A stretch of DNA of 60,979 bases, taken from a virus (Duplodnaviria > Caudoviricetes). Shown here piece by piece: positions 16,784 through 28,000 of the stretch; within the stretch, counting starts at the first letter, position 1, and each line of letters begins with the position of its first letter. The translations under genes were made by a program, and so were the position numbers. The DNA lies in the IMG/VR virus record IMGVR_UViG_3300042301_000931, positions 1 through 60,979 of that record. The stretch is one strand, 5' to 3'. The notes beneath the pieces were generated by a model. That model did no database searches. It saw nothing but the letters and a program-made list of their open reading frames with translations, and had not been told where the DNA came from.

Positions 16784-17020
16784 ATGAAACGGACTTCAGC
16801 GGAAGCCGCTCCAATCGGAGCACAAGTAACATACAAATTTAAAGATGTTACATACGTACCTCACTTTAGAAACAGCGATATATACGTTGGCCCGGGCTAC
16901 CCCCGTGCTAATAAAGATCGTTATAGCGCGGCGCAATTAATTGCGGCAGGCGCAGTGGCTACAAGTAATCTTTTGTGGTCACGTGGTATTCACGGCGTAG
17001 TTACAGACAGCAACCCATAA
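16784..17020 (+). CDS. Hypothetical protein
   Basis: AAGGA RBS; AT-richer codons than its neighbours. Confidence 0.6.
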   Translation: MKRTSAEAAPIGAQVTYKFKDVTYVPHFRNSDIYVGPGYPRANKDRYSAAQLIAAGAVATSNLLWSRGIHGVVTDSNP

Positions 17021-17030
17021 AGGAATAATC

Positions 17031-17927
17031 ATGAGCAACATTCAAACAGTACCTGCACACATTGCAGCTCGTATCGCCGCCCGCCAACAAGCGGGCACAA
17101 AGTCAGCAGTCGCTTCTGCCATCGTTGGCAGTGACAGCGGCGGTGGCATTCCCCGTATCAGCATTCGTGCAGGCCGTTACCGCCTGAGCGAAGATGGCGT
17201 AGAAACAACAGTTGGCGTCACACTGGACACCATCATCGTTGGTGCTAACCCACGCGTGTCCAAGGTGTTCTATGCGAAAGCATTCGATGCCTCTGCTGAG
17301 AACGTCCGTCCAGATTGTTGGTCGAATGATGGCCTCAAGGCTGACGCTAGTGTCGAGGCTCCCGTGCACACCAGTTGCGCTGACTGCCCTAACAACGTCC
17401 TTGGCTCTAAGGTTCTACCCTCTGGTGCTAAGTCTAAGATGTGTGCTGACCAACGTCACTTGGCAGTGGTGGCCGCGGCTGATCCATCAAAGGTCTACAG
17501 CCTGACTGTTCCCGTGTCTGGCATGAAAGCCTTACGTGAATATTTCAAAGAGCTTGGCAACTATGGCATTGGCCCTGAAGAGGTTATCACTGAGCTGGGC
17601 TTTGATGATGCGGCTAGCTATCCCAAGATCACGTTCAAACAAAAAGGTTATGTGCCAGAGAAAGCAATTTCTCGCGTCGACACTTTGATCGCAAGTGATT
17701 CTGTTAAAGTAGCTACTCGTCAACTCGCTCCTCAAGCGGCAGGGCCTGCTATTGCAGCTCCAGTTCCAAAGGCAGCTATTGCGGCACCCGCTGTTGATGA
17801 CGCTTATGAAGAGGAAGCACCTGCACCAGTAGCGGCTCCTGTCAAGGCGGCAAAACCCGTAGTTGCCCCAGTAAAAGCGTCAGATGAATTAGCGGCAAAG
17901 CTCGACAGTTTGTTTGACGAGCTATAA
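17031..17927 (+). CDS. Probable single-stranded DNA-binding protein
   Basis: Replication context; PDCWS...CADCP; Ala/Pro linker; acidic-hydrophobic tail LDSLFDEL. Confidence 0.65.
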   Translation: MSNIQTVPAHIAARIAARQQAGTKSAVASAIVGSDSGGGIPRISIRAGRYRLSEDGVETTVGVTLDTIIVGANPRVSKVFYAKAFDASAENVRPDCWSNDGLKADASVEAPVHTSCADCPNNVLGSKVLPSGAKSKMCADQRHLAVVAAADPSKVYSLTVPVSGMKALREYFKELGNYGIGPEEVITELGFDDAASYPKITFKQKGYVPEKAISRVDTLIASDSVKVATRQLAPQAAGPAIAAPVPKAAIAAPAVDDAYEEEAPAPVAAPVKAAKPVVAPVKASDELAAKLDSLFDEL

Positions 17928-17945
17928 AATAAAAACGTAAATCGC

Positions 17946-17969
17946 GCCCCGGGTAACTCCGGGGTTTTT
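17946..17969 (+). terminator. Intrinsic terminator
   Basis: GCCCCGG-gtaact-CCGGGGT followed by TTTT. Confidence 0.75.
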
Positions 17970-17985
17970 CATCTAGGGGCTTGTC

Positions 17986-20955
17986 TTGGACACAAAAAAC
18001 TTTCTTACTCGTATATTTGCCCAACGTGACGAAGTCGTCATCATGGCACACAAGCCTGACCACTCAGGCCAAAATCCCCGTGGGTTCGGTTGGAACCGCG
18101 GCTCGTTTGCAGACATCGATGAAGCTGTTGCAAACATTTCAATGTGGGACACTGAGCCCGAAACAACTATTTATTTTTCTGTTGGTGCATTCGCAAACAA
18201 CAGAGTTACTAGGCCAGATGGCCGTGAAAAGATTGAACGCACTCAAGTTAAAGCAACGTGGTTCAAAGCACTTGCACTTGACTTAGACATCGGCAGTAAA
18301 ACACCGTACGCAACCAAGGCCGAAGGCATGAAGGCCATGATGCCCGCGCTCGCGGCTATCGGTATGCCAGACCCCATGGTGATTTCGTCAGGTAATGGCG
18401 TGCACTTGTACTGGCCTCTGACACAGGTTGTCAGCAAAGAACACTGGGAAAAAGCCTCCATTGCATTTCGCGTTGCGTTGGAAGAACAGGGAGTTGTAAT
18501 TGACACATCTAAAATCCACGATCCATCCATGGTGCTACGTCCAGTCGGCACGCATCATAAGAAGCAACAGCCATGGAAGGAAGTCAAGTGTGTTGCGGAC
18601 TGCCCAGACTACGATCCTGCTTCGCTCTTCACAATTCTCAAGCCGTGGTTTAACAAAGGCCCAACAGCTAAGAAGGCAACAGCTTCACGCAAAGGCGGGA
18701 AGTCCTCGATACTTGATGCAGTGCTCAACTCAAACGACGTCGTCCTCGACGCAGTTGCCGCAAGATGCAATCAGGTCAGGGCGCTTGTCGACTCTGGCGG
18801 CGTACTGGATGCTGCTGGTCGGGATGTCGATGAGCCTCTATGGCGTGCTTCACTTGGTCTGGCCAAACATTGCACGGACGTAAAAGAAGCTGTCATCAAG
18901 ATTGCAGGGAAACACCCTGACTTCGATCTCGATGCGAGCATGAACAAGCTCAACGGTTGGAACGGCACTGGCCCAACAACATGTGCGAAGTTCGAGCAGT
19001 TCTGTGCGAAGGGATGCGAGGGTTGCCCAAGCCGTGGAAACATTACAAGCCCTGCGCAGTTGTCCGTTGCGACTGAGACCGAAGTCGTTACTGCGGCAGG
19101 CGAAGAGTTCACGTTCACACTGCCCAAGGGCTATGCGATTCAGAACAACAACATCATGCGTGAGGTCAAGACTGAGATCACGACAACCGATGCAAACGGC
19201 AATGAAGTCGCACAGGAAGTTACTGAGTTCGATCACGTCAGCCCGTACGAGATGCACATCACTGGTGTGTACCACGACCCTGCAAGTCGCAAGTCAGCAT
19301 TCAGGCTGTTGACCAAATACCCGATGACTGGGTGGAAAGAAACTGAACACGAGATCGTTGTGCTCGCATCGATCGGCAAGGACTTCTCAGGGTTCTTATT
19401 GAACCAACAAATCTACATTAAGAACGCAGGACAACAGGAAAAGGTAAGGAGCTATTTGATGGACTATTTATCCATGGTGCAACAGCAAGCGCCCACAGGT
19501 TTGGATTTCATCAACTTCGGTTGGCAAGAGGATGGCTCGTTCATGTGCGGCCAGACTATTCTTGGCTCAAGCATTGGTGCAACAGACACACGTCTGCGTG
19601 GCCCTGCCGCTAGTTACGCTAAGCTCATTGGCCCGCATGGTGAACGTTCTGAGTTTGTTCGTGCGATGGAGATGCTGAACTTGCCCGGCACTGACAACAT
19701 TCGTGCGTCGCTGTTGACTGCTACTGTAGGCATCCTTGGCCCTGCGGCGGGTAACGCCACAGCCATCGTGTCGGTTTACTCTGATTTGACAACAACTGGT
19801 AAATCACTGTCGATCATTGCTGTTAACAGTTTGATCGGTAGCCCCAAGGCTTTGTTCCTGAGCAAGCAGGACTCAGCGAATGCTTTCTACGGGATACGCG
19901 GCATGCTCAACAGCTTGCCTTGCAGTATTGATGAAGTCACGGTAGCAGACGACGAGGCTATGGCGGACATGGCTTACACACTGAGCCAAGGCCGTGAAAA
20001 GATTACCATGACGAAAGAGCGTGAGCTTCGTAAGCCTGCTACATGGTGTGGGCCAACTCACATGACATCGAACTATTCGCTGTACAACAAATTTGAAAAC
20101 GCTCGCGCGGGCAACGACCCACTGAAGGCGCGTTGCTTAGAGTTCCATCAGCACGACCGTTTATTTGTTGCAACACGTGAAGACGGCCACAGCAATGGTC
20201 ATGATTTCTTTGCGCTTGTTGAGAAGAACAACGGATGGGCTTTCCCTGAGCTTGTGCAAGTTGTGCTCGACAAGGGTGGCCCAGAACCTGTGTGGAACTG
20301 GTCTGAGGCGTCGTTCAATAAGACATTCGGTTTTCTGTTCGAGCCGCAAGAGCGCTTCTACAGAACGCTACTCATTGCATCATGGGGCATGGGTCGCATC
20401 GGTCAGGCTTTGGGCTTGTTCCCGTTCGACATCAAAGCAACGATTGAGTACATGATCGAGCGCGTTAAGCAGACTCGTCAGGCGGCCATTGAGAGTAAGT
20501 CTGACGTGTTCGACACCATCGGCCAGTTCCTCATGGAACACAACGACCGCTTGGTGCATTGCACAGAGGTCTACGGATCAGGCAAGGAACAGGTGACACA
20601 GCCCGCTCCAGAGAAAGCCGTTGCACGTATCAAGGTTGTCTATGATGCGAAGACCCCCGTCATGCCCGGTAGTGTGGCGGCACTCAACTTGACTTTATTC
20701 AGAGCGTGGCTAAACAGAACGAGCGACAGCCTTGACCGTATTGAGCGTGAACTGCAGGCCAACGGTGCATTGATTGCTAAGCGCGAGCGTGTGACTGTGT
20801 TCAAGGGTTGTAAGGACAGAAGCCCCGGTCAGACCAACTGCCTTATTGTGAACCTGAACCACCCACGTTTTGCAAGCACGCTGACCGGCACATCATTCAG
20901 GGAACAAAGTCCTGTGTTACTGGCTGTTCTAAATGGCACAGCTGTGGGACAATAA
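17986..20955 (+). CDS. Primase-helicase (AEP/RepB-like primase, Cys cluster, DUF927-like helicase)
   Basis: LDLD and SGNGVHLYW primase motifs; TCAKFEQFCAKGCEGCP; Walker-like TTTGKS and SIDE; TTG start. Confidence 0.85.
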   Translation: MDTKNFLTRIFAQRDEVVIMAHKPDHSGQNPRGFGWNRGSFADIDEAVANISMWDTEPETTIYFSVGAFANNRVTRPDGREKIERTQVKATWFKALALDLDIGSKTPYATKAEGMKAMMPALAAIGMPDPMVISSGNGVHLYWPLTQVVSKEHWEKASIAFRVALEEQGVVIDTSKIHDPSMVLRPVGTHHKKQQPWKEVKCVADCPDYDPASLFTILKPWFNKGPTAKKATASRKGGKSSILDAVLNSNDVVLDAVAARCNQVRALVDSGGVLDAAGRDVDEPLWRASLGLAKHCTDVKEAVIKIAGKHPDFDLDASMNKLNGWNGTGPTTCAKFEQFCAKGCEGCPSRGNITSPAQLSVATETEVVTAAGEEFTFTLPKGYAIQNNNIMREVKTEITTTDANGNEVAQEVTEFDHVSPYEMHITGVYHDPASRKSAFRLLTKYPMTGWKETEHEIVVLASIGKDFSGFLLNQQIYIKNAGQQEKVRSYLMDYLSMVQQQAPTGLDFINFGWQEDGSFMCGQTILGSSIGATDTRLRGPAASYAKLIGPHGERSEFVRAMEMLNLPGTDNIRASLLTATVGILGPAAGNATAIVSVYSDLTTTGKSLSIIAVNSLIGSPKALFLSKQDSANAFYGIRGMLNSLPCSIDEVTVADDEAMADMAYTLSQGREKITMTKERELRKPATWCGPTHMTSNYSLYNKFENARAGNDPLKARCLEFHQHDRLFVATREDGHSNGHDFFALVEKNNGWAFPELVQVVLDKGGPEPVWNWSEASFNKTFGFLFEPQERFYRTLLIASWGMGRIGQALGLFPFDIKATIEYMIERVKQTRQAAIESKSDVFDTIGQFLMEHNDRLVHCTEVYGSGKEQVTQPAPEKAVARIKVVYDAKTPVMPGSVAALNLTLFRAWLNRTSDSLDRIERELQANGALIAKRERVTVFKGCKDRSPGQTNCLIVNLNHPRFASTLTGTSFREQSPVLLAVLNGTAVGQ

Positions 20956-20979
20956 GCCATCTTTTGTGAGGCAAACATC

Positions 20980-21231
20980 ATGGCACGTGACTACAAAAAG
21001 GAATACGCCAACTACCAAGGGCGTCCTGAACAGATCGCTAACCGAGCTGACCGCAACGCGGCTCGTCGGCATATGGAAAAGAAAGGCGTCGTCCGCAAGG
21101 GCGATGGCCTCGACGTCGATCACAAGAAGCCCATTGCGAAGGGTGGTGGAAATGGCGGAGGCAACCTCCGCGCAGTTTCCAAGTCTGCGAATCGTTCGTT
21201 TGCACGAACACGCTCAGCAGGGATGAAGTAA
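20980..21231 (+). CDS. HNH endonuclease
   Basis: DVDHKKPIAKGGGN...NLRAVSKSANR. Confidence 0.85.
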   Translation: MARDYKKEYANYQGRPEQIANRADRNAARRHMEKKGVVRKGDGLDVDHKKPIAKGGGNGGGNLRAVSKSANRSFARTRSAGMK

Positions 21232-21384
21232 TTACTTCTTGGCCTTGGGCTTAGCGCCCTTGGCTTTGTCATGGGCTACCATTTTCTTGGCAGCTTTGAC
21301 TTTAATACCTAGCTTCTTAGCGAAGCTAGGATTGTGCGCAGCGGCCCGCATAGTGCGGGCTTGTTTGTCAGACGTGAAAGGCAT
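21232..21384 (-). CDS. Small Lys-rich protein (50 aa)
   Basis: MPFTSDKQARTMRAAAHNPSFAKKLGIKVKAAKKMV...; translated by hand. Confidence 0.7.
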   Translation of the reverse strand: MPFTSDKQARTMRAAAHNPSFAKKLGIKVKAAKKMVAHDKAKGAKPKAKK

Positions 21385-21536
21385 TATTTCTTCTTCGCAG
21401 TCTTTGCAGACTTGATGAAGTCAGCTTTCGTGGGAGCGCCTTTGCTGCCTACCTTACGCATCTTTTCACCGGAGCCATTCTTAATGCGCTCCTGTTTTGC
21501 GTTGATGTTGGCATAGAGGCCGGGCTTGGTAGCCAT
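21384..21536 (-). CDS. Small Lys-rich protein (50 aa)
   Basis: MATKPGLYANINAKQERIKNGSGEKMRKVGSKGAPTKADFIKSAKTAKKK; translated by hand. Confidence 0.75.
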   Translation of the reverse strand: MATKPGLYANINAKQERIKNGSGEKMRKVGSKGAPTKADFIKSAKTAKKK

Positions 21537-21538
21537 GA

Positions 21539-21730
21539 TTATTTACCTTTAGCCATACACTTGCCAGCGGCTTTGCACTTGGCAGGCATCTTACAGCCGG
21601 GGCATGGTTTGAATGAAGTGGACTTTTTGCCTTCGGCTTTTTCCATCTTCATGTACATCTTCTTAGAGCCAGCGGCTTTCATTTCCTTGGCTTCCTCTTT
21701 CTTCGACTCTTTACCTTTAAAGGGCATCAT
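21539..21730 (-). CDS. Small Lys-rich protein with four Cys
   Basis: GGAGG RBS; CPGC...C...C. Confidence 0.7.
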   Translation of the reverse strand: MMPFKGKESKKEEAKEMKAAGSKKMYMKMEKAEGKKSTSFKPCPGCKMPAKCKAAGKCMAKGK

Positions 21731-21747
21731 AATAACCTCCAGTTAAG

Positions 21748-22005
21748 TTAACAGTTCCAAGCGCGTAACGATTTATTGATGCGGGAGTTCGGGTCTTTAG
21801 CCGTCTTCTCGCTAGTCAATTTCTTTTTCATGCCTTCCATGCGGGCACAGAATGAATCTCGACGTGGGCCACCCTCTGGTTGAGGAGCCTTGAGCCCCGG
21901 CTTCCCGGGGTTTGCTTTATTGTAAGAGGCACGCCCCTTGGCGTTCAAGCCGCCCTTTTCGGACTTGCCCTCTTTACGTTGCCATGCAGGTGTCTTAGCC
22001 ATCAC
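21748..22005 (-). CDS. Small basic protein, DUF6321-like
   Basis: AWQRKEGK...GGLNAKGRASY...RRDSFCARM...SLRAWNC. Confidence 0.75.
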   Translation of the reverse strand: MMAKTPAWQRKEGKSEKGGLNAKGRASYNKANPGKPGLKAPQPEGGPRRDSFCARMEGMKKKLTSEKTAKDPNSRINKSLRAWNC

Positions 22006-25000
22006 TCATCTCCTCTGATTTCAGCAATACGTTTCTCGAGACCTTCGCTGAGTTTTTCGAGCTTTGCGTCTAGTGCGTCATAGTCAGGATAACCTTTACT
22101 ATACTCATCACGCTTAGCTTGGTTCATTACCTTCTTGAACTCGCTCTTGATTTTCTTAACCTCAGCATCTTGATAATACTTAGTTTCGTCTTCGTTGTAC
22201 TGGTACACGCTGAGTCCAAACAAACGTGCGAACACGAGGCCATCATTAGGCTTGCCAGTTGGGCCTTCTTTGTCTTGGGCCCAGTCCATGACCTGACCAC
22301 CAGTCCTAAACGTTAGCGGTGCTGGCGCGAATGTGTCCCACACTGCCTTGCCTGACTTCATAGCTTTGTCGAGGTTATCATCCGTTTCGTTGTAGATTGG
22401 CTTGCCAGTGAATGGGTCTACGTTCAGTAACGTATTAGCTAACAGCGTAACGTATGGCCCTGATGGTTGCAACACGCCGGGTATCCAGTCGAACCCACCT
22501 AGTTTAGCGTTACCCTGTGCAGGCTCAAACAAAGACATCATTGGAATTGATTTGCCGATGTTGTAGTACATAGGATTTTCATCGTCGCCCATGAATGGAA
22601 TACGAATCATCTTGTATGGCCCCATGCCCCATAAAGACCGCTCACGAACAGCCTTTGGCCCAGTCTTACGCCACTCGTCATCGTCACCCATCATGCCCAT
22701 TGCATAGAGAGCCGCCATCATGTTAATCATCGTCCATGGCTTTGTAATAGCAAGACGACCTAAAACTGGCGTGATAGCGTACGACCACGAAATGAACGGA
22801 AGCGCAGTTTGCCGAGCGAACTTAACAGCGCGGGAATCGATGTCATAGTCGAGGAACATCTTACGAGCTGCAAGGCCAGCTTCTTTTAGCTGTGCGTCAC
22901 CAAGCACACCGTCGTTCTTAGCCTGTAGATTACCTGCAACATTAAGGAACGCGGCTAGACGGAACACGTTATCACCAGCGGCGTACACTTCAGAGAACGC
23001 GCTGTCGGTAAGCTTAGCACCACGGGCAAGCTTGGAAGCGTACTTAGAAAACTCCTGCTCGTACCCAGCCCATGCGGACAACTTAGTTAACAATGACCGA
23101 TCATTTTTCTGCGTAATGTTTTGCGCCAACTTCTGCGCCAAGTATGTTTTTGTTTCTGCGTTGGTAAAGTTGCCAAGCACGGCACCAGACTTGTAGAACG
23201 CCTTCATCAATGCGCGTTGATCTTCCGTCAGCGAGCCGGGGTTTGCTTCGTATCTAACTAGCAAGTTAGCCGCATCACCAATAGCTTTGTGCGAAATACC
23301 ATGCAACAACATGAGCGAATAGTTGGTCAGGATGTTGTTAGCATGCGTGGCGGGTGAGAACACGGTCTTGTTCTTCTTAAACGCCGCCATGGTTTCATTA
23401 AGAATTCGGCTTCTCAGAATTGGCTGACGCTCGTGCATGTCCAACAAGTTGCTCCATACACCACCAGAAATTATTTTCCCACGTAGAGGGCCGTAGTGGG
23501 CTGTATCAGGAAGCTTTACCCAAACATCACCGCGCTGTGCTTCCTTGCGAATGGTATCTATGTCTGACTCATCAGCTGCAGCTTGCAACAGATTCTTTTC
23601 TGTTAGCTTGCGGTTAGGGAACACCGAGTTAATCTCATCTACACTGTTGAAGACAACTGTGCTTTCCGTTGCGGACTTGTCCTCGTTGCGTCCCATAGGC
23701 TCCATAGACGCGAACAGGTTCTTGGTAGCAGAATTATGTGACAAGGCTGCAATTGTGGTGAGCATCGCAGAACTAATCTGCTGAGCGGCCTCTTCTTTTT
23801 CCTGTGTGGAAAGGTTAGGGTCGCCCATACGTTTGGCAACGTCGATCAGGTTAGCACCGCTGATGTTACGCGTACGGAATTTAAAACCACCGTTCGGGCC
23901 GTTTTTCTTTCCATCGAAATACCACACACGACTGCGGTCGATGTCGAGCTCTGGATGGTCGTTTGCTTTTTCTTCACTAATGAAACCGTTAGGTAGGCGT
24001 TGACCACCAAGAGTCTCGAACGTTTGGAACAGTGGTTTGTCAGAGTCAATAACGCCATTTGTCATTGGCAACAGATTTTTAAAGTCATCGATGTTTGGAT
24101 CAACGCGGTCTTCTGGGCGGAAGATGGCGCTAACACTATGCATGCCGAACGACTTCTTAGCCAAGTCAGCTAAGCCTTCTGGTTTTAAAAGCTTGTCTGT
24201 GAACTTTAGCCCTTCAAACATACGCTTGTCTTTTGGTGCCAACGTTTCAATGTAAGAGTCAATGTGTTCTTTGATTGAGTCAGCTGTATCCCGTAGAACC
24301 GCGTCGCGACCTGTTTCTTGCAGGGCATTGTTGTCACCATTCAAGTAACTAAACACACGCACAGCATCTGCAGGAGAACGGTACAGGCGCTGCATCAGGG
24401 ATTCAGCCTCAACCAAACCCCCTTGCTTTTCTTGTTTGGACACAGATGCAGCTTGTGTGTACTCCGTGTTAAGACCAAAGCTAGAAGATACCTTACGAAG
24501 AGTGCTCGTAACGCCGGGGAATTCTGTGACAATCTTGTCAGCAGCTTTGTCCATCCACCCTCGCATTGTCTTATCAACCTTGCCACCTTCACCGAAGCCG
24601 ACTTGTTCCAAGAACGAACGCGTAAGATTCACTGACCAGCCGGGTGTGTCCTTGTATTTCTCCAAATTCATCTGGTCAGATTGCTGCGCAGGATTTGGGA
24701 TTTCGGACTGGACATCAGCTTTCAGGATGTTGCCTGACGTAGGGTCGAACGCGCCGCTGTTTCCTGTTGCAGATTTAACTTGTGTTGGTTTAAAAGCAAC
24801 AACTTCACTGAGTTTACCGTCACGACCATACTGCAAAATACCGTCATAGCCTTGCGCCATAGCACGGGTCATTACTTGCTTACCTACGTAACCTTTTTCT
24901 TCGTACGCTTTTTCAACAAGCGCCTCAGCTTTACCTTGATCCATACCTAGCTTTACCAAGGCTGCAACCATGGGGTCTCCACGTCCTTGCTCTAGGATGA

Positions 25001-28000
25001 TTGGGTTTTTTATGGATACATATAAGGGCATTATATTTTGTCCGCTGGCTTCATCTTTAGCCGCATCTGCACGGCTTAGATTTGACGTATCAGCGTAGGT
25101 GCCTGCAAACTCAGCGGATGGAGTTGTATATATGCCTGCGCCTAATGCACCCTCTGGCGAAAGTTTAAACGTATCGTAATTACCTAAAGTACCATGGTAG
25201 ACAACCAATGGTTTACCGTCCTCGCCAACTACTTTACTATCACCAAACCAACGCTTAAATGCATCAGTAGTTGTATCGACCGCCGCCTGCAACACGTTAC
25301 CCTTCTTTGGAGCTGCCTCTTGGGTAGCTTCACGTGCGGCTTCCAACAGCTGGAGTGTGTTCTCAATGACATCACTTGCAACAGACTGCTTAACGCCCAG
25401 CATGCGACGAACCAAGGCGTAGATTGCCTCCATCACGTCGTTAGTAAACTTGACGAATGTACGAGGAGCGTTGCTCTCCATACCTTGCAGTGCGCGACGG
25501 AAGTCGTTAAGGGTATTCCCGTAGGAAATCAACTCAAGGACAGCATCTAACTCAGCAGTCTTACTCTTACCAGCCAGAACCTTTTTAAGCACAGCCTGAA
25601 CTTCAGCGGCTTTAGGTGTCAGCTTGGCAGTGTCGAAATTGACCACTCTCTGCAGAGCGGCTTTGAGCGCGACAACTTGTGCGGCGTTGGGGTTTGTATA
25701 AACAAACCACTGTAATGCACCGTGCAACGCTTCGTGCAACGCAACTTCTTTGCTACTTGTTTCGTTAATGGTGATGGTGTTTGTCTTGGGGTCGTACTGT
25801 GACTTGCCCTCTTTAACAAACTTAATTGTGATGGGGGCTTTACCTTTGACAGCCAGTTTGATTGCTTGTGCAAGGGTCTTCTCAAACGGTGTGCCGTTAG
25901 TACGGATGTAGTTGAGAATGCCGTTGAGGCCAGTTTGTTTCTCACCCTTACCAAGTACTTGGTAGCCTTCAGTAACAGCAGTAACAAGCTGCGGAACAGC
26001 ACCACGGGCTGTGCCTTCCTTCGACTGGCGGACTTCGTTGGAACTTGTAGCCAACAAATCGGGTTCGCCAATGAACGCTTCGCTCTTAGCGGCAGCCCAT
26101 GCACGAGAAACCCTGATGTCTGTTTTGCCAGCTTCGACGTTACCCTTCTGCTCGTTCTGTGCACGGTCTTTAATAAACCGCACAATGGCTTCAACATCCT
26201 TTGCGTTGCCGTCTACGGCTTCACCTAGCTTAGCCAAGGCTGCACGGACAGCATTTGCGTTCGCTTTAAGCTCTGTGGCACGGGCGTCCATAACCTCATC
26301 ACCGGTAACGCCACGCTTAATGGTTTCACCAGAACGAACTAAATTTTGCTTGGTGTATGTCTCGTACGCGTTAGCTAAGTCTATGACAGCATCGGCGATC
26401 TGTTTGACCTTGGCACCGTACTTCTCAGTAGCGGCAACGTCTTTGTCAACAGATTTAGCCTTGCGTACCATGATTGCACCTTTGGGGTTCAACACGGCAT
26501 TGCGAATCGCAGCGTATACCTGAGAAGGCATCGAGGGTTTACCCGGAGCTTTCTTTTTGTCGCCGGTAACATCGGCAAATAAGTTATCTGTCTTTTCGTT
26601 CTCAGCCTCAATAGCTTTCAGAATGGCGTCATTCTTGTTGTCTTCCTTGATGGCTTCAGAAACGTTCTTAGGCCCGGTGTCTGCTTCAGCCGTTACAGCT
26701 GCGGCTGTGGCTGGTTTTTGTCCTTGCGTTTCTGTTTGCTTGGCTTGAGTGGTTTGAGCGCCATTTTGAGTAGCAGTGGTAGTTGCGGGAAAAATGCCCC
26801 CCGCGGGTGGCGCGGAGGGCGAAGGGGCTGCTTGCTCAGCCAAAGGAGAAACAGGTGCAGGTGCGCCAAACTTAAAGTCTGGCAATGTAGCTTGTAAGAA
26901 AGCAGCGTCAGTTGGTGTCAGTGCAGATTGACCAAAATTAGTCAGTGTGCGTTTCTCGGTTACTTTGCCATTGCTGTCTGTCCTAACAACTTCTGCGCGA
27001 GTAACGCGACCAGTAACCCCACGGGTTACGTTAACTGTGACAGGGGAATCCTGTGCGTCAGTTGCGGTGTATGTGTTTGTGGTCAGACCTTGTGTAGAGG
27101 TCTTGGTTGAAGTTGGTGCAAACGCTGTAGGAGCGGCAGTAGTCTGTGCAGTTGTATCAGCAACAGGGGTGGCCGCAGGGGCAGCTGTGGCAGCAGGCGT
27201 AGTTTCTACTTGCTGTAAGGGCTGAGCAACCTCAAAGACACCGGGAGCCACTGTGCTAATACCAGCGGCACCTTCCACGGGCGCAGGTTGTTGCGTACGG
27301 GGCATTTCGCGTCCGACATTCATGTCAGGAGCGTATGCAGAAGTGTCTGCAGGCAGGTTAGTCTGAACCTGTGTCAGCCCACCGGCGAGGTCAATCTCTT
27401 CGACTGGTGTAGGTGCAAACAGCGCGGGCGTTGTCTGCAAGCCAGTTGTTTGTAACAGGTTAACTTCAGCGTTCTGATCTTGCTCGGCAACCATGTACCG
27501 GCCAATAATTCCTTGAGCCTGTGTAATAACTGCCTCTTCAGCGGCAGGAGGCAAGTTGCCTAGACGTACAGTGTCGAGTAGTCCAATAAGGCTTTGACGG
27601 TCTGTGTCAGAAATTTTGTCTGCAAGTTCAGGGTCAGTTAAAGCATAGGAGATGTCTGCGAGGGGCGACTCTTTACCCGCCTCAACAACAGCGTCTTCTC
27701 TCTTCTTTAAATCATCTAATACCCCTGCCTCTTCACGCAGTTGGCGTTGCATCCATTGCTCAGCGTCATCGACCTTAACACCTTGGCGCTTGGCCTCAGA
27801 GACAACTGCTTGCAATGCAGCTGAACGGGACTCAGGTGTTGCGTTTTCGCCATACATTGCTTCGTTATAAGCAAGGCTGAACTGTTCTGCTTTTTTAGCA
27901 CGGGCACGGTGACCACCAAGCGATAAAGGGCCAAGCCACAAGCTCATACCTAAACCGCCAATGGCTGACTCACGTGCAATCGCGTAAGGGTCTTCGGCTT

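Noticed and set aside
20980-21231. HNH gene as a mobile intron or homing element
   Set aside because: It is a free-standing 83-aa gene that does not interrupt another gene; typical small phage HNH
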